A DNA stretch of 64,000 nucleotides, from the NCBI GenBank assembly GCA_963662275.1, contig OY759316.1, positions 2,976,001-3,040,000 of the forward strand. Direction: 5' to 3'. Source of the stretch: Candidatus Cloacimonadales bacterium (GTDB taxonomy: Bacteria > Cloacimonadota > Cloacimonadia > Cloacimonadales > DAONDQ01). This document shows positions 37,401 to 47,933 of the stretch, piece by piece; position 1 is the stretch's first letter, and every line of letters begins with the position of its first letter. The notes under the pieces are model-generated. The model did no database searches, had not been told where the DNA came from, and saw nothing but the letters and a program-made list of their open reading frames with translations. A program made the position numbers and the translations under genes.

Positions 37401-39779
37401 TGCCTGCATAGCAGTCAACGAAGAATAATAATTACCGATTCGGGCAAAGTAAGTGCCCTCACCGTAATAACAATTGTTGTTGATCACTTTATCTGCTGAA
37501 TGAGTGTAGGATGTAATATCGAAAGAAATCCCTAAAGGAGCAGTGAAGATATTATTCACAATATCCACGCCGGTACCTAGCCCACCGGTATAGAAAGCAG
37601 TACCGTTGCCCTCGTTCAATATAGAGTTATTGAGAATATTAAATCCATTCCCGTTGAAAGTAAGTCCATTACTGCCATTGGCTTCACCTGTTACCTTGAT
37701 CACATTGTTGGCAATGAGATTACGATCTGTGTTGAGAGGGTTCAGATTGTAGGCTGCGATTCCAGTGAACTGACCAGTTCCCTGGATGTAATTTTTGATG
37801 ATCCTCACACCGTTATCACCATTGATATGTATACCTGCAGAACGCATGTTCGTCATACGATTGCTAATGACTTCAGCATCACTGATCTGGGTAAAAACGA
37901 TCCCTTGAAGTTGGTTATCAAACAAACAGCTTGCGATATCCCATTTAGTCCCACTAACATAAATACCATATCCATTGCCTGTGAAAGAAGATCCGAGTAA
38001 GAACATCTCAGAGGCATTTGAGCCATAAGGCATATAAAGACTCGCACCTGCATTGTTATTGGGAGCAATAAAATCGCAATAACGGAACTGCAGCTTTGTA
38101 TTGTACCCCGATAAAAGAACGAGGTTCGAATAGGAAGTGGCAAGTGTTTGGAAAGTGATGTTATCAAAAATAACTTCTTTCGTTCGGGTTAGTTTGAGAA
38201 GATAGCTATCAACCTCATCCTGTGTGGAAAAGCGAATGATTGCATTTACCGGAGTTGAGGAGGTTATGGTAAGCACAGCACCTGGACCGCTGCCGGGTAT
38301 CTTCTCTAGTATGAATTGTTCTTCATAAAGTGCATTTGTGAGATTCGCCGTTACATTGGCACTCATCCCTCTCAAACCAATACCTTGGGCAAAAGCTGCC
38401 ATCGTTGTATAAGTCCCGCCTGTACCAACAGTGATCGTACCGGAAAGTGGAGTCATCGCAGGATTGGAAGTATATTCCCAGGCACCGATATCCGGTGTTG
38501 TTAGGCTGCGTGGATTACCGTTATAATCAATTGTCACACCACAGGCAGCATAAAGATTGTCTAACCTGGGAGCTGTATTATGCAGTAACTCATCCGAGAA
38601 GAAAGGATTCAGGCTTTGGTTGGTCGTGCCTGTGAGAGCATTGAAATCCTCGATCTCTATGTAACTGGCATTATTCACATTTGCAATATACATTGCTCTT
38701 GTATATAAGTTGTTGTTTTCAATGATGTTGTGGCTGCCTTGAAGAGGATCAATATTACTGGCGAAAACAGCGTATGCTCCTCCCGTGCTGATGAAGTGAT
38801 TTTGTCTGATGATATTAGAATTGCCACTGACTGAGAAAGCTGCAGTTTGATATGTAGTGGATGATGTGCATAAAACACTGTTATGGGCTGCGAATACATT
38901 GTTAGCATTGATCTGCATCCCTGGTGAGGCACTTACAGTAATGATATTATTGCTGATATGCGGTGTTGCTGAAGTACTTGGTGTTACGTAATTCAAGGCA
39001 ATTCCATAGTAGGAAGCGCTGATCCTGTTTCTGCTTACATCGAGGCTTCCTGCTCCATTTTCGAGGTAAATACCTGACGTAACACCTGTCATAATTTCAT
39101 TTCTGATTGCAACATCTGACGCTCTGGATAGTGATATTCCACTACCTCCTGTGTGAGTGTTGGAAAGAATCTGCCAGGCAGATAAATTACTCAAACTGCT
39201 TCCGGCATACAGCGAAATATGCAATCCGCCATTATTGAAAACATTCCCTGATATCAAGATATTGTCTTCATCGTTTGTACCATCTGTTACGAAGTACAGT
39301 GTTTGATTGTAGCTTGTATCCGTACTGATAACCCCTTCAAAACGATTGTTGCTGAAGGTCAGGTAATCAGAATTGCCCTGGACATCAATGCAACGGGAGT
39401 AAGTGCCTGTTGGGGAAAAAGTAACATCGTCAATAGTAACCTTGCTGGTTTGATCGATTTTCAGTATATAATTACTCTCGTATGTTGAGGAAGGATTCGT
39501 AAGAATCACTTGACTGTCATCATAGATACCCGAAGAGATTGTTAATACATAGGAATTGCCAGGAATATTGATCACAAACGGTCCTGCATAAGTTCCCGGA
39601 TTCAGGTTAAAAGTTACAGCAGCGCTTAATCCCTGCGCATTTGCAGCAGCGATTGCTGCGGTCAAAGTTGCATAATTGGCTGTTCCGCCACCAACAGTAT
39701 AACTGCCGGTCAATGGCAAACAAAAAGCCAATGTTGTCATCAGTAGCAAAAACAAGGTTACAGTCAGTCTCATGTACAA
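34428..39779 (-). CDS. Large secreted parallel beta-helix repeat protein (four modules)
   Basis: Signal peptide; four modules starting L(T/S)G.YT(V/I)G...Y.T and ending PDIGAWEY/FDIGADQ/HDLGAS/PDMGCYEY; Asn/Ile-rich beta-helix sequence. Confidence 0.8.
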   Translation of the reverse strand: MYMRLTVTLFLLLMTTLAFCLPLTGSYTVGGGTANYATLTAAIAAANAQGLSAAVTFNLNPGTYAGPFVINIPGNSYVLTISSGIYDDSQVILTNPSSTYESNYILKIDQTSKVTIDDVTFSPTGTYSRCIDVQGNSDYLTFSNNRFEGVISTDTSYNQTLYFVTDGTNDEDNILISGNVFNNGGLHISLYAGSSLSNLSAWQILSNTHTGGSGISLSRASDVAIRNEIMTGVTSGIYLENGAGSLDVSRNRISASYYGIALNYVTPSTSATPHISNNIITVSASPGMQINANNVFAAHNSVLCTSSTTYQTAAFSVSGNSNIIRQNHFISTGGAYAVFASNIDPLQGSHNIIENNNLYTRAMYIANVNNASYIEIEDFNALTGTTNQSLNPFFSDELLHNTAPRLDNLYAACGVTIDYNGNPRSLTTPDIGAWEYTSNPAMTPLSGTITVGTGGTYTTMAAFAQGIGLRGMSANVTANLTNALYEEQFILEKIPGSGPGAVLTITSSTPVNAIIRFSTQDEVDSYLLKLTRTKEVIFDNITFQTLATSYSNLVLLSGYNTKLQFRYCDFIAPNNNAGASLYMPYGSNASEMFLLGSSFTGNGYGIYVSGTKWDIASCLFDNQLQGIVFTQISDAEVISNRMTNMRSAGIHINGDNGVRIIKNYIQGTGQFTGIAAYNLNPLNTDRNLIANNVIKVTGEANGSNGLTFNGNGFNILNNSILNEGNGTAFYTGGLGTGVDIVNNIFTAPLGISFDITSYTHSADKVINNNCYYGEGTYFARIGNYYSSLTAMQAAIPEINSASLNLNPFLATDIHTGSPWLRHVGANRTEINDDMDSEIRTGGFDIGADQQTGVLITTRLSGNYTIGATGCNYPTIQAFLNDINLYGINGNVNVTITAGTYAGYNQIKQYPTTSPLYKINWIAAAGCQFVLNAVNPQTDDNYFFKLQGADNVTFTGFRFSTNSATNYSSVVQLTGACDNIIFTNCTFILTTYMNTGIYPTRYSVASGLTVENCIFQNGTNGVYVGDYYNGAYYSNVRVANCTFTGTANPISITKTTNVEITGNTCTAFNNSMTLYYVDGNVSVYKNRFHATGIYSGITLVSLSNVLGTLANPVRVYDNIVTLRNSSCPNANGMSVAYSSFVTLTNNTINIENSGAASFDYGSALTIYQSPNTILQNNILSSPFSGLALNVATATDVSYWNNAFYNSGKHIAEIASVRYGVAEFISSLFTNQSGIYANPLPDANGYTKCSYLRGKGIHTTVASDIDGVAFPTNHDLGASVIPNYGTEVTGTKTVGVTGNYTDLSTAWLDLMRRGISGDVILDVQAGNYSLDADLGYVPNSLSNNLTITGTLGNSPIFNGNASTEETNGMLKLFNTRNLTLSNLAFMPQNTHYAKCLELERYTEDLTVSNCSFLLTPNSQNTTNSSAISGIGIPFTNLLFENNWISNLSYGFNLYGISNFPQYSTGLQITGNTIVNPYTGIQISYMSAPKTNENTINSFKYMGITQNNGISNAEIKENKITGNGYSGISLNGFGTTGGTQSIVNNYVQTGANVQYSVNLENVPNAKMYYNTFVNTYTGSDGAAFRQGASCSELAFMDNICKAGASSAAIFSQLFDFESQKWTHNLYYSTGIQAVKLGSTIINSSYWWNQNTGDQYSIFADPMLNGSTYELLSSSPAINAGTAISGINTDIAGSFRNTPDMGCYEYTLLTLTAPQNLQIAINNETGIISLIWNSVSGAGAYRVYMNNSPEPGAWYSTVVIATTTIGIPVSQGYKFFKVTALSSPSGK

Positions 39780-40273
39780 TTCTCCTTTTCAGAATCAGAT
39801 TCAATTATTTTTCGAATTATTTTCAGATGGAATTTCAAAGAGTGTATTACAGATAAATAAGCAATAACTACAAATGAATGTGTATTTTTTTATTTTGTCC
39901 TGTTTAAGTCAAGGAAAAATGCGGTACTTTTACGATCCCACCCATATTTAACCAGCCTGATTTTTTTTTGTTTTAACGAAAACTCAGATACTTCAGACTA
40001 TTATTTTGCACATTGCCATGATCTAGATAATTCTTGTTTTTTATAAAGACTAGTAGGAAATTCGAACATCCATGTAGTAATCATAGGATTATCAGTTTGA
40101 TATATATTAAATCATATTGATATTTTCCCGACCATCATTCAAGCTAGATTTCTTTCTTGACATAAATGTGCCAATACAGTAAAATTATAACAATTAGTGA
40201 AGCATCTAATACAAGGATAGAATTGTTCTTGGTTTCTGAAATTTGAATCAAATAACCTTGAGAGGAACTCATA

Positions 40274-43200
40274 ATGATGATTAGAGAATTTATTTCTTAT
40301 TTATTCAAAGAGCATGATCTATTTCTATTGTTTGTGATCATCTTATCTACTCCATTGAGTCTTTTAGCACAGTTTACCGAAATTAATACCAACTTACCTA
40401 ATGTTGGAATTAGCTCTGCTGCCTGGGGTGATTATGACAACGACGGTGATCTGGATATTCTCCTTACGGGATACGAAATCAATATCGGAGTTTATTCTAG
40501 AGTCTATCGGAATAATGGTAACAGCACTTTTACAGATATATATGCGGGTTTAACTCCCGTGCAAGTAGGCTCTGTTGCCTGGGGTGATTATGACAACGAT
40601 GGTGATTTAGACATTCTGCTAACTGGACGAACAATCGATGGTGTTTGTATTTCCAAGATCTATCGAAACAACGGTAACAGCACCTTTACTGATATTAATG
40701 CCGGCTTAACAGGTGTATGTTATAGCTCAGTCGCTTGGGGTGATTATGACAACGATGGTGATTTGGATATCTTGCTGACAGGAGCTCAAGGTGTATTTCC
40801 TAATTATAATCAAGTCTCTAAAATCTATCGAAATAACGGTAACAGCACATTTTCTAGCATTACTGTTGGTTTGATAGCAGTTCATGATGGTTCCGTCGCC
40901 TGGGGTGATTATGATAATGATGGCGATTTAGATATTCTGCTAACCGGACAATCAACCGGATATGAATATAATATAAAAATCTATCGTAATAACGGTAACA
41001 ATACATTTACTGAGATTGCTGCCAGTCAAGTAATTGTATCGGTAGCATTTAGCTCCGTTGCCTGGGGAGATTATGATAATGATGGTGATTTGGATATTCT
41101 CATAACGGGAGGTGGTTTTTCCTTAGTTTATCGAAACAATGGAAATAGTACCTTTACTAACATAGGTGTTGGTTTGACCTTAACAGGTGTCGATAATAGC
41201 TCCGCTGCTTGGGGAGATTATGACAACGATGGTGATTTGGACATTCTGCTGACGGGATATGTTCAATCAGATAGCACAAGGATTGCCAAGGTGTTCCGAA
41301 ATAACGGTAACAGTACATTTACCAATATTGGTGCCAACCTGACAGGTGTCTCTCAAGGTTCTGTTGCCTGGGGTGATTATGACAACGATGGCGATTTGGA
41401 TATTCTGTTGACGGGTTGTTTTTATAATTACAATAATAATAGTTGGATTAATCTCACCAAAGTCTATCGTAATGATATCACTGTTCAAAATACTATTCCA
41501 ACAGTACCCTCAAATTTACGGTTGAACACTGTTGGAGATTATATAAATTTTCAGTGGAATGCAGCAACTGACACTCAAACTCCGGCATCGGGATTAAACT
41601 ATACAGTAAGAGTAGGCTCTACTCCTGGAGGAAACCAGATTTCAGCTTCGATGTCTAATACTACAGGGTATAGATTAATACCTGTCAAAGGAAATGCCAA
41701 TGGGACGTGCAGTTGGAAAATAGCTGCTTCGGTATTATCTAATTATAATAAGTTCTACTGGAGTGTACAGGCAATAGATGGGGCGTATGCAGGATCAGAA
41801 TTTGCCTCGGAAGCAATCTATCAATCGATAAGAGTAATCGCACCTTACGGAGGAGAAAACTGGCAGACAAATTCAGCTAAGACAGTGTACTGGACTGCTC
41901 AACCAGCAATTAGCCAAGTCAATATTTTGCTATCTACCAACAACGGGGCTAATTGGAACACTCTCAATACAAGTCCGGTTTCAGCAGCGTTGGGCAGGTT
42001 CTCCTTTACCGTTCCTTCTACTGTATCAAATCAATGTCGAATCAAAGTAATCAGCACTGCCAATAATAATTTATTTGATACTTCTGTGAATGTCTTTTCC
42101 ATTAGCAGCAACCCTGGTTCAAGTTTGTCTTTGACTGCCCCGACTAATACAAAGCTGCAAGCCGGAAATATCTATAACATCACTTGGATAGCAAACGGTA
42201 TACAAAATATCAAGCTGGAATATACACTTGATGCCGGACTAAATTGGAATTCCATTGTATCTTCCTTACCAGCCAGCAACGGGACATATACCTGGACAGT
42301 TCCCAATACTCCTGCGGCAACCTGCTATCTCAGAATATCCGGAGTAACAAATCCAACTGTTTATGATTGGAGCGACGAACCATTTTGTATATATAACTTA
42401 CAACTCACCAGCCCAAATGGAGGCAATCTGTTCCAAGCCGGTTCTTCACAAAACATAACTTGGTCATCCGCCCAGATTGCTAATGTTAAACTGGAATATT
42501 CACAGAATAATGGCTCAAACTGGACACAAATCATTGCAAGCACAGGAGCTTCAACTGGAACCTATAGCTGGTCTGTACCAAACCTAGCAGCAAGCCAGTA
42601 TATCATCAGGATTAGTGATACAACAGATAGTACTATTAACGATTTTTCTGATAATATCTTCACTGTAGTATTACTGAATATCACTTATCCAAGTGCCCCA
42701 AGTACCAAGCTTCGAGCAGGTAATCTTTGTAATATTACCTGGAATCAGCAAGGTTTGTCTGGGACCGTAAAACTGGAACTGACGACTAACAATGGAAGCT
42801 CTTATACTTCGATAGCCACAGGAATAAATGTATCTGAAGGAACATATTCCTGGCTTATCCCAGATATATCCTCTTTGAATTGTAAGATAAGAATCACTTC
42901 TGAACTGTATGGTTTGATTTTAGATAGCAGTGATAATAATTTTACAATCTGCAGACTGATACTGAACACTCCAAACGGTTCTGAAATATGGAGTTCCGGA
43001 TCAGTTCATACAATTTCTTGGACAAGTATCTATATTCTTGCATTAAAACTGGAATATTCACTTACAAATAGTAATAATTGGATTCAAATAGCACCAACTA
43101 TTTCAGCTTCATTAGGATCATATTCCTGGACGGTACCTGCGGTTAATTCAAATCTGTGCAGAGTACGCATTTCTGATGTGACTTTCCCTCAAATATTAGA

Positions 43201-44677
43201 TATTAGTGATACAACATTTACCATCCAACCATCGATCAATGTTATTGCTCCAAACGGAGGTGAGTATCTGGTTATTGGAAATGTTTATCATATTCAGTGG
43301 AACGCAATTCCAGATATTTCCTCCGTTTCTATCGTATATTCTGTAGATAATGGTGCGAGTTGGATTCCTATTCAGGCTTCATCTTATCCAGCTTCGGCAG
43401 GAAGTTACGAATGGGTGATACCGAATACTACTTCGACACAATGTAGGATGAAAGTTCAAAATTTTGCTAATAATAATGTTTATGATACATCAGATAGCGT
43501 CTTTACCATTTCGGATGGGAATTTAGCTCCAATAGCGCAAATATCAGCCGATATCACTTCCGGAAATGCACCTTTGACAGTACATTTTACTGACCAATCT
43601 ATACATGGATCTTGTCCAATAACATCCTGGGATTGGGATTTCGGTGATAACACTCCTCATGCGAATACTCAGAATCCAACACATTTATATGCAAATAGAG
43701 GTATTTATTCAGTTTCATTAAGCGTATCTGGTGCTAATAACATATCTAACTCGATAACAGCAGCGAATCTGATTACTTTATCAAATCAAGCACCATATGT
43801 TTCAGAGCCATTGCCAGACATAATCGTAAACGAAGATTTTGCGACAATCTTCACTAATCTGAGCAGTAATTTTACTGATAACGACGGAGATATCCTAACG
43901 TATTCAGTTTCATTTGATTCAACGACTATTCATGCTAGTATTGTTAATAATACGCTTGAATTGTCATCTCTTCCGAATGTCAACGGGCACACAAATATCA
44001 TTATCACAGCTAATGATAATTATCAATTAGAGCGTTTGTTAAAATCCTCTAATTCTAAAAATCGCGATATCTGTACTTGCAGCTTTTCTGTAACTATCAA
44101 TCCCATTAATGATCCACCTCAAATTATCAGCTATTTACCAACGCAAACAACTTTTACCGTAGTGCAGAATGAAACTCAGAACTTCAGCATTAATGCCTTA
44201 GATATTGATAGTCAGATCAATTACCACTGGTATATAAATAATGTTGATCAGAGTATCAATACGAATGAGTTTGCCTACCAATTCACTCAAAACGATACAT
44301 ATCAGGTTAAAGCAGTTGCGTATGACAGTATATCTTCGGTTGAGCAATTATGGACAGTGACTGCTACTGTTGAGAATAATGACCCTCAAGTAACACCCTT
44401 GGAAACCAGGATGTATACTAATTACCCTAATCCGTTTAATCCGGAAACAACTATCAGGTATAGTTTAAAATCAACTGGATGGGTGAATATCTCGGTTTAT
44501 GATATTAAAGGGCAACTGCTAAGGATACTCACAAATAGTAATCAAAAACCTGGTCGTTATCATGTGATTTGGAATGGTCGAGATAACCATAATGATGCAG
44601 TTGCATCCGGTATTTATTATATTCAGATGAAAACAAACGAGGGGAATGATATAAGGAAGATAACACTAATCAAGTAA
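40274..44677 (+). CDS. Secreted FG-GAP/VCBS beta-propeller protein with Ig-like repeats, PKD domain and FlgD/Por-tail-like CTD
   Basis: Seven AWGDYDNDGDLDIL(L/I)TG repeats, PNGGE-type Ig repeats, WDWDFGD (PKD), NYPNPFNPETTI...KITLIK tail. Confidence 0.9.
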   Translation: MMIREFISYLFKEHDLFLLFVIILSTPLSLLAQFTEINTNLPNVGISSAAWGDYDNDGDLDILLTGYEINIGVYSRVYRNNGNSTFTDIYAGLTPVQVGSVAWGDYDNDGDLDILLTGRTIDGVCISKIYRNNGNSTFTDINAGLTGVCYSSVAWGDYDNDGDLDILLTGAQGVFPNYNQVSKIYRNNGNSTFSSITVGLIAVHDGSVAWGDYDNDGDLDILLTGQSTGYEYNIKIYRNNGNNTFTEIAASQVIVSVAFSSVAWGDYDNDGDLDILITGGGFSLVYRNNGNSTFTNIGVGLTLTGVDNSSAAWGDYDNDGDLDILLTGYVQSDSTRIAKVFRNNGNSTFTNIGANLTGVSQGSVAWGDYDNDGDLDILLTGCFYNYNNNSWINLTKVYRNDITVQNTIPTVPSNLRLNTVGDYINFQWNAATDTQTPASGLNYTVRVGSTPGGNQISASMSNTTGYRLIPVKGNANGTCSWKIAASVLSNYNKFYWSVQAIDGAYAGSEFASEAIYQSIRVIAPYGGENWQTNSAKTVYWTAQPAISQVNILLSTNNGANWNTLNTSPVSAALGRFSFTVPSTVSNQCRIKVISTANNNLFDTSVNVFSISSNPGSSLSLTAPTNTKLQAGNIYNITWIANGIQNIKLEYTLDAGLNWNSIVSSLPASNGTYTWTVPNTPAATCYLRISGVTNPTVYDWSDEPFCIYNLQLTSPNGGNLFQAGSSQNITWSSAQIANVKLEYSQNNGSNWTQIIASTGASTGTYSWSVPNLAASQYIIRISDTTDSTINDFSDNIFTVVLLNITYPSAPSTKLRAGNLCNITWNQQGLSGTVKLELTTNNGSSYTSIATGINVSEGTYSWLIPDISSLNCKIRITSELYGLILDSSDNNFTICRLILNTPNGSEIWSSGSVHTISWTSIYILALKLEYSLTNSNNWIQIAPTISASLGSYSWTVPAVNSNLCRVRISDVTFPQILDISDTTFTIQPSINVIAPNGGEYLVIGNVYHIQWNAIPDISSVSIVYSVDNGASWIPIQASSYPASAGSYEWVIPNTTSTQCRMKVQNFANNNVYDTSDSVFTISDGNLAPIAQISADITSGNAPLTVHFTDQSIHGSCPITSWDWDFGDNTPHANTQNPTHLYANRGIYSVSLSVSGANNISNSITAANLITLSNQAPYVSEPLPDIIVNEDFATIFTNLSSNFTDNDGDILTYSVSFDSTTIHASIVNNTLELSSLPNVNGHTNIIITANDNYQLERLLKSSNSKNRDICTCSFSVTINPINDPPQIISYLPTQTTFTVVQNETQNFSINALDIDSQINYHWYINNVDQSINTNEFAYQFTQNDTYQVKAVAYDSISSVEQLWTVTATVENNDPQVTPLETRMYTNYPNPFNPETTIRYSLKSTGWVNISVYDIKGQLLRILTNSNQKPGRYHVIWNGRDNHNDAVASGIYYIQMKTNEGNDIRKITLIK

Positions 44678-45295
44678 TAACGCTGTAAGTTAAAAATAAT
44701 CCAGAATGGAAAAATTGAATGCTATCTTCCAGATAAGAAGATTCTTTTTTCACACTTTATGAGCATGTCAAGATTTCTGTATTTTCTTGAATACCTGCTA
44801 AAAGAGTAAATTGACTTTACATGAAAGCTAATAGACGGTTCATAGAGTGATTTCGACGAAGGAGAAATTGTATCGAAATGAACTGATATTGCCCTCATAA
44901 CTGTAATGTCCTCTCCTCGATACAAATAGATAAATCAATTCACTCGGAGAACTCAGCTTTCATCCCCGCTAGCGAAAATCCTTTTCAGGGAAGTTCAGAA
45001 GCAACCTTATCTGTTAAATTCAACTTCGTAGAAAGCCCAATCATTCCCCAAAGAGCCTACCTATATCAATGCAAATTGTAAGCAAGCATAATCCAGTCTC
45101 CTTCCAATGTCGCGAAACAGGAATGAAACAGGTATGAAATTGGTATGAACCTGGATTGAACTTTGTATGCTCTTTGTGGAGTTTTAAATAATTTCTGGAC
45201 AATATTCATATTTTCTCCTTGACTCTGTTTAAAATCATACATATAAAGATTTCAGTTAGATGAATAAATCAATATTCTCAACCCTTGGAGGAAAA

Positions 45296-47911
45296 ATGAA
45301 AGTCATGATTTTTACTCTATCTTGTTTATTCTTGATATTTCCATTATTAGCAATTCAGGTTTCCGGTAATCAAAGCGGGACTTGGACAGTTGAAAATAGT
45401 CCCTATATAATGATAGGAGATGTAACTGTCTCTTCAGGACAAACTCTTACTGTTGATCCGGGAGTTACTGTTTTGTCTCAAGGTAACTATCAAATTACTG
45501 TCCAGGGTTTGCTGTTAGCATCCGGTACCCAGGCAGATTCTATTCTCTTTGGTATTTCTGCTGATAATACTGGTGGTATTTGGCAAGGTATCAGATTGGA
45601 GAATGTCACCGGGACAGATGAATTACATTACTGTGATATTCGTTATGCTGAAACCGGGGTCAATGTCATAGCTGCACAAGCAGTTATTATGAACTGTCAC
45701 TTTTATGGTAATAAGAAAGGAATCAACTGCTTTGGTATCGGTTCAGATGATCCTTCTTCCATAATGATTTCGCGCTGTAATATCGAATACAGCAAGGAAA
45801 ATGCTATTTATATTGTAGAACACCGTAATGTTTCCGTTATTGATTGTGATATCTCCAATAATGGTGTAGCTTCATCATTCAGAGCAGCTATCCATCTTAG
45901 TATTCAATCTGCCGGAGCGAACTGCAGTCCTTTCATTGAAAACAATCATATTCACCATAACCGCTGGCAGGGGATCACAGCTGCCGATACTTTTGTGCAG
46001 GGTACAATGGAACCCCAGATAACCAATAATAACATTGAGTATAATTATACAGGTATTTATTTACTGAACTCTGATGGACAAGTTCAGCATAACGACATCA
46101 CAAATAACTTTATCCCCGGCAATATGAATTCCGGTGCCGGCGTTATGGTGAGTGGGGCTTCTTCCACACCGATGTTCTATGATAACGTAATAACCGGCAA
46201 CTATACAGGCTTTTACCTGGCTAGTAACGCCAATCCATGTATCGGTGATCTCAGTGAAGACGTTATTACTTATTGGGGCAGAAATACGATCAGTAACAAT
46301 ATTGATGCCAATGGAACCCTTCATAGCATATATCTCTACCAGTATACGAATGCTGCTATTGTTGTGAAAGCAGAAAATAACGATTGGGGAACTGAGGATA
46401 CTTTAGCAATTGCACTATCCATTCAAGATCATGCAGATGATCCGGCACTGGGAATAGTTGATTTTATGCCGATTTCGAACGGAACACCTGTTCAGTCTAT
46501 TAGCGGGAGAATTTACCCTCTCGAAGGAATGATTTCTTGCGAAGTCCGTGCAATTTCTGTCAGCAATCCTAATGATTTCGTTTCCGTCATGATGAACCAG
46601 AATCATACATATATGATTCCTCTTGAAAATCCTGGTGTGTATTATGTGACAGCTTACGGTTATATGTTTGAAGACATCAATCCTTCCATATTTAGTGCTT
46701 ATGGAGATACCTATGAACCACAACCTGTGGATGTCTGGCTCACTTCACATGTGGAGAATATTAATATCATTATGCATGACTTGCCAGAGTATTTGTATTC
46801 AAAAGTTGGTGCTTCATTCCAGCAGGATAACCTGACGCTGTTTCCCCTTCAGCAAGGTCGTTTTGTCACACCAATCCCATATATCACTAATCTGTATAAG
46901 GATAATACAAGCGGAAATATCAAAATTCATTCTTTCTCTTTCAGTACAGGTAATCCCATCGTTCTAACAGATAATAACATTCTTGTCCCTGTAGATGTGA
47001 TGAATTATGGACAAACTTGGAGTTCATCAAGAATGATCTATAATGAAGATATATGGGAATGGCAATTAGCCCAAGTTACAAGCACCGTGGTGGGAAATGA
47101 AAATTTATTGTTCAATGACAATATAATCAATTGCTGGATTGTTGAAAACAGTAATGCAAGTAATGAGATTATCAGTAAGGAATGGTACGCATTAACTATG
47201 GGATTAATGAAAGCTGTTTACTACGATGCACCATTTATGAATCATACAAAGTTCGTACAATACATGTTTGCTGGAGTCGAGAATTCTTATCTGCCACTCG
47301 CTTCAGGTAACCAATGGTTCTATTTCTTTGAACAGCCATCAACTCCGACAGAATTAGTATGTATGCCTGGAAATGCCACTAATTTCTTCTCCTGGGAACC
47401 ACCAATCCAGGGAGGAGAAACTCCATGGACACATTACAAGTTCTATGAAGATGATGTCATACTGGCTCAATTGCCTATTGAACAGCCAAATTACGGCGTG
47501 TTGCAGGATTTCTATCATACGCATCGTTATTATGTTACAGCCTGGAGAGAAGGTTGGGAATCCAGTCCCAGTAATATTGTCATAATCGACGGTGTACCCA
47601 ATTCAGACAACATTGAAACACCAATGGTTTCCAAATTATCCATATATCCGAATCCATGTAATATGTCACAATCAAATATGAATATCAAGTTTAACTTGCA
47701 GAAAACCGAATCTGCAACTATCTTAATCTATAATGTTCGTGGACAAAAAGTCAGAACCCTTCATTTCGATTCTTTAGCCAAGGGTTCACAGACGATTACC
47801 TGGGACGATAGGAATGATGATCATAAACAAGTTGTTGATGGTGTGTATCTTGTGAAGATGGATTTGAATAAGCAATCAGTTACACAAAAGGTCGTTTTAC
47901 AAGTTAAATAG
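45296..47911 (+). CDS. Secreted beta-helix protein with FlgD/Por-tail-like CTD (tandem paralog 1)
   Basis: VSGNQSGTWT..NSPY start, beta-helix repeats, IYPNP...IYNVRGQKVRTL...KVVL; ATG after GGAGG. Confidence 0.85.
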   Translation: MKVMIFTLSCLFLIFPLLAIQVSGNQSGTWTVENSPYIMIGDVTVSSGQTLTVDPGVTVLSQGNYQITVQGLLLASGTQADSILFGISADNTGGIWQGIRLENVTGTDELHYCDIRYAETGVNVIAAQAVIMNCHFYGNKKGINCFGIGSDDPSSIMISRCNIEYSKENAIYIVEHRNVSVIDCDISNNGVASSFRAAIHLSIQSAGANCSPFIENNHIHHNRWQGITAADTFVQGTMEPQITNNNIEYNYTGIYLLNSDGQVQHNDITNNFIPGNMNSGAGVMVSGASSTPMFYDNVITGNYTGFYLASNANPCIGDLSEDVITYWGRNTISNNIDANGTLHSIYLYQYTNAAIVVKAENNDWGTEDTLAIALSIQDHADDPALGIVDFMPISNGTPVQSISGRIYPLEGMISCEVRAISVSNPNDFVSVMMNQNHTYMIPLENPGVYYVTAYGYMFEDINPSIFSAYGDTYEPQPVDVWLTSHVENINIIMHDLPEYLYSKVGASFQQDNLTLFPLQQGRFVTPIPYITNLYKDNTSGNIKIHSFSFSTGNPIVLTDNNILVPVDVMNYGQTWSSSRMIYNEDIWEWQLAQVTSTVVGNENLLFNDNIINCWIVENSNASNEIISKEWYALTMGLMKAVYYDAPFMNHTKFVQYMFAGVENSYLPLASGNQWFYFFEQPSTPTELVCMPGNATNFFSWEPPIQGGETPWTHYKFYEDDVILAQLPIEQPNYGVLQDFYHTHRYYVTAWREGWESSPSNIVIIDGVPNSDNIETPMVSKLSIYPNPCNMSQSNMNIKFNLQKTESATILIYNVRGQKVRTLHFDSLAKGSQTITWDDRNDDHKQVVDGVYLVKMDLNKQSVTQKVVLQVK

Positions 47912-47933
47912 AAAACTCCCGCTTGGAGGAATA

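Noticed and set aside
40420..41420. DNA-level repeats of GCCTGGGGTGATTATGACAACGATGGTGAT
   Set aside because: Explained by the seven FG-GAP protein repeats.
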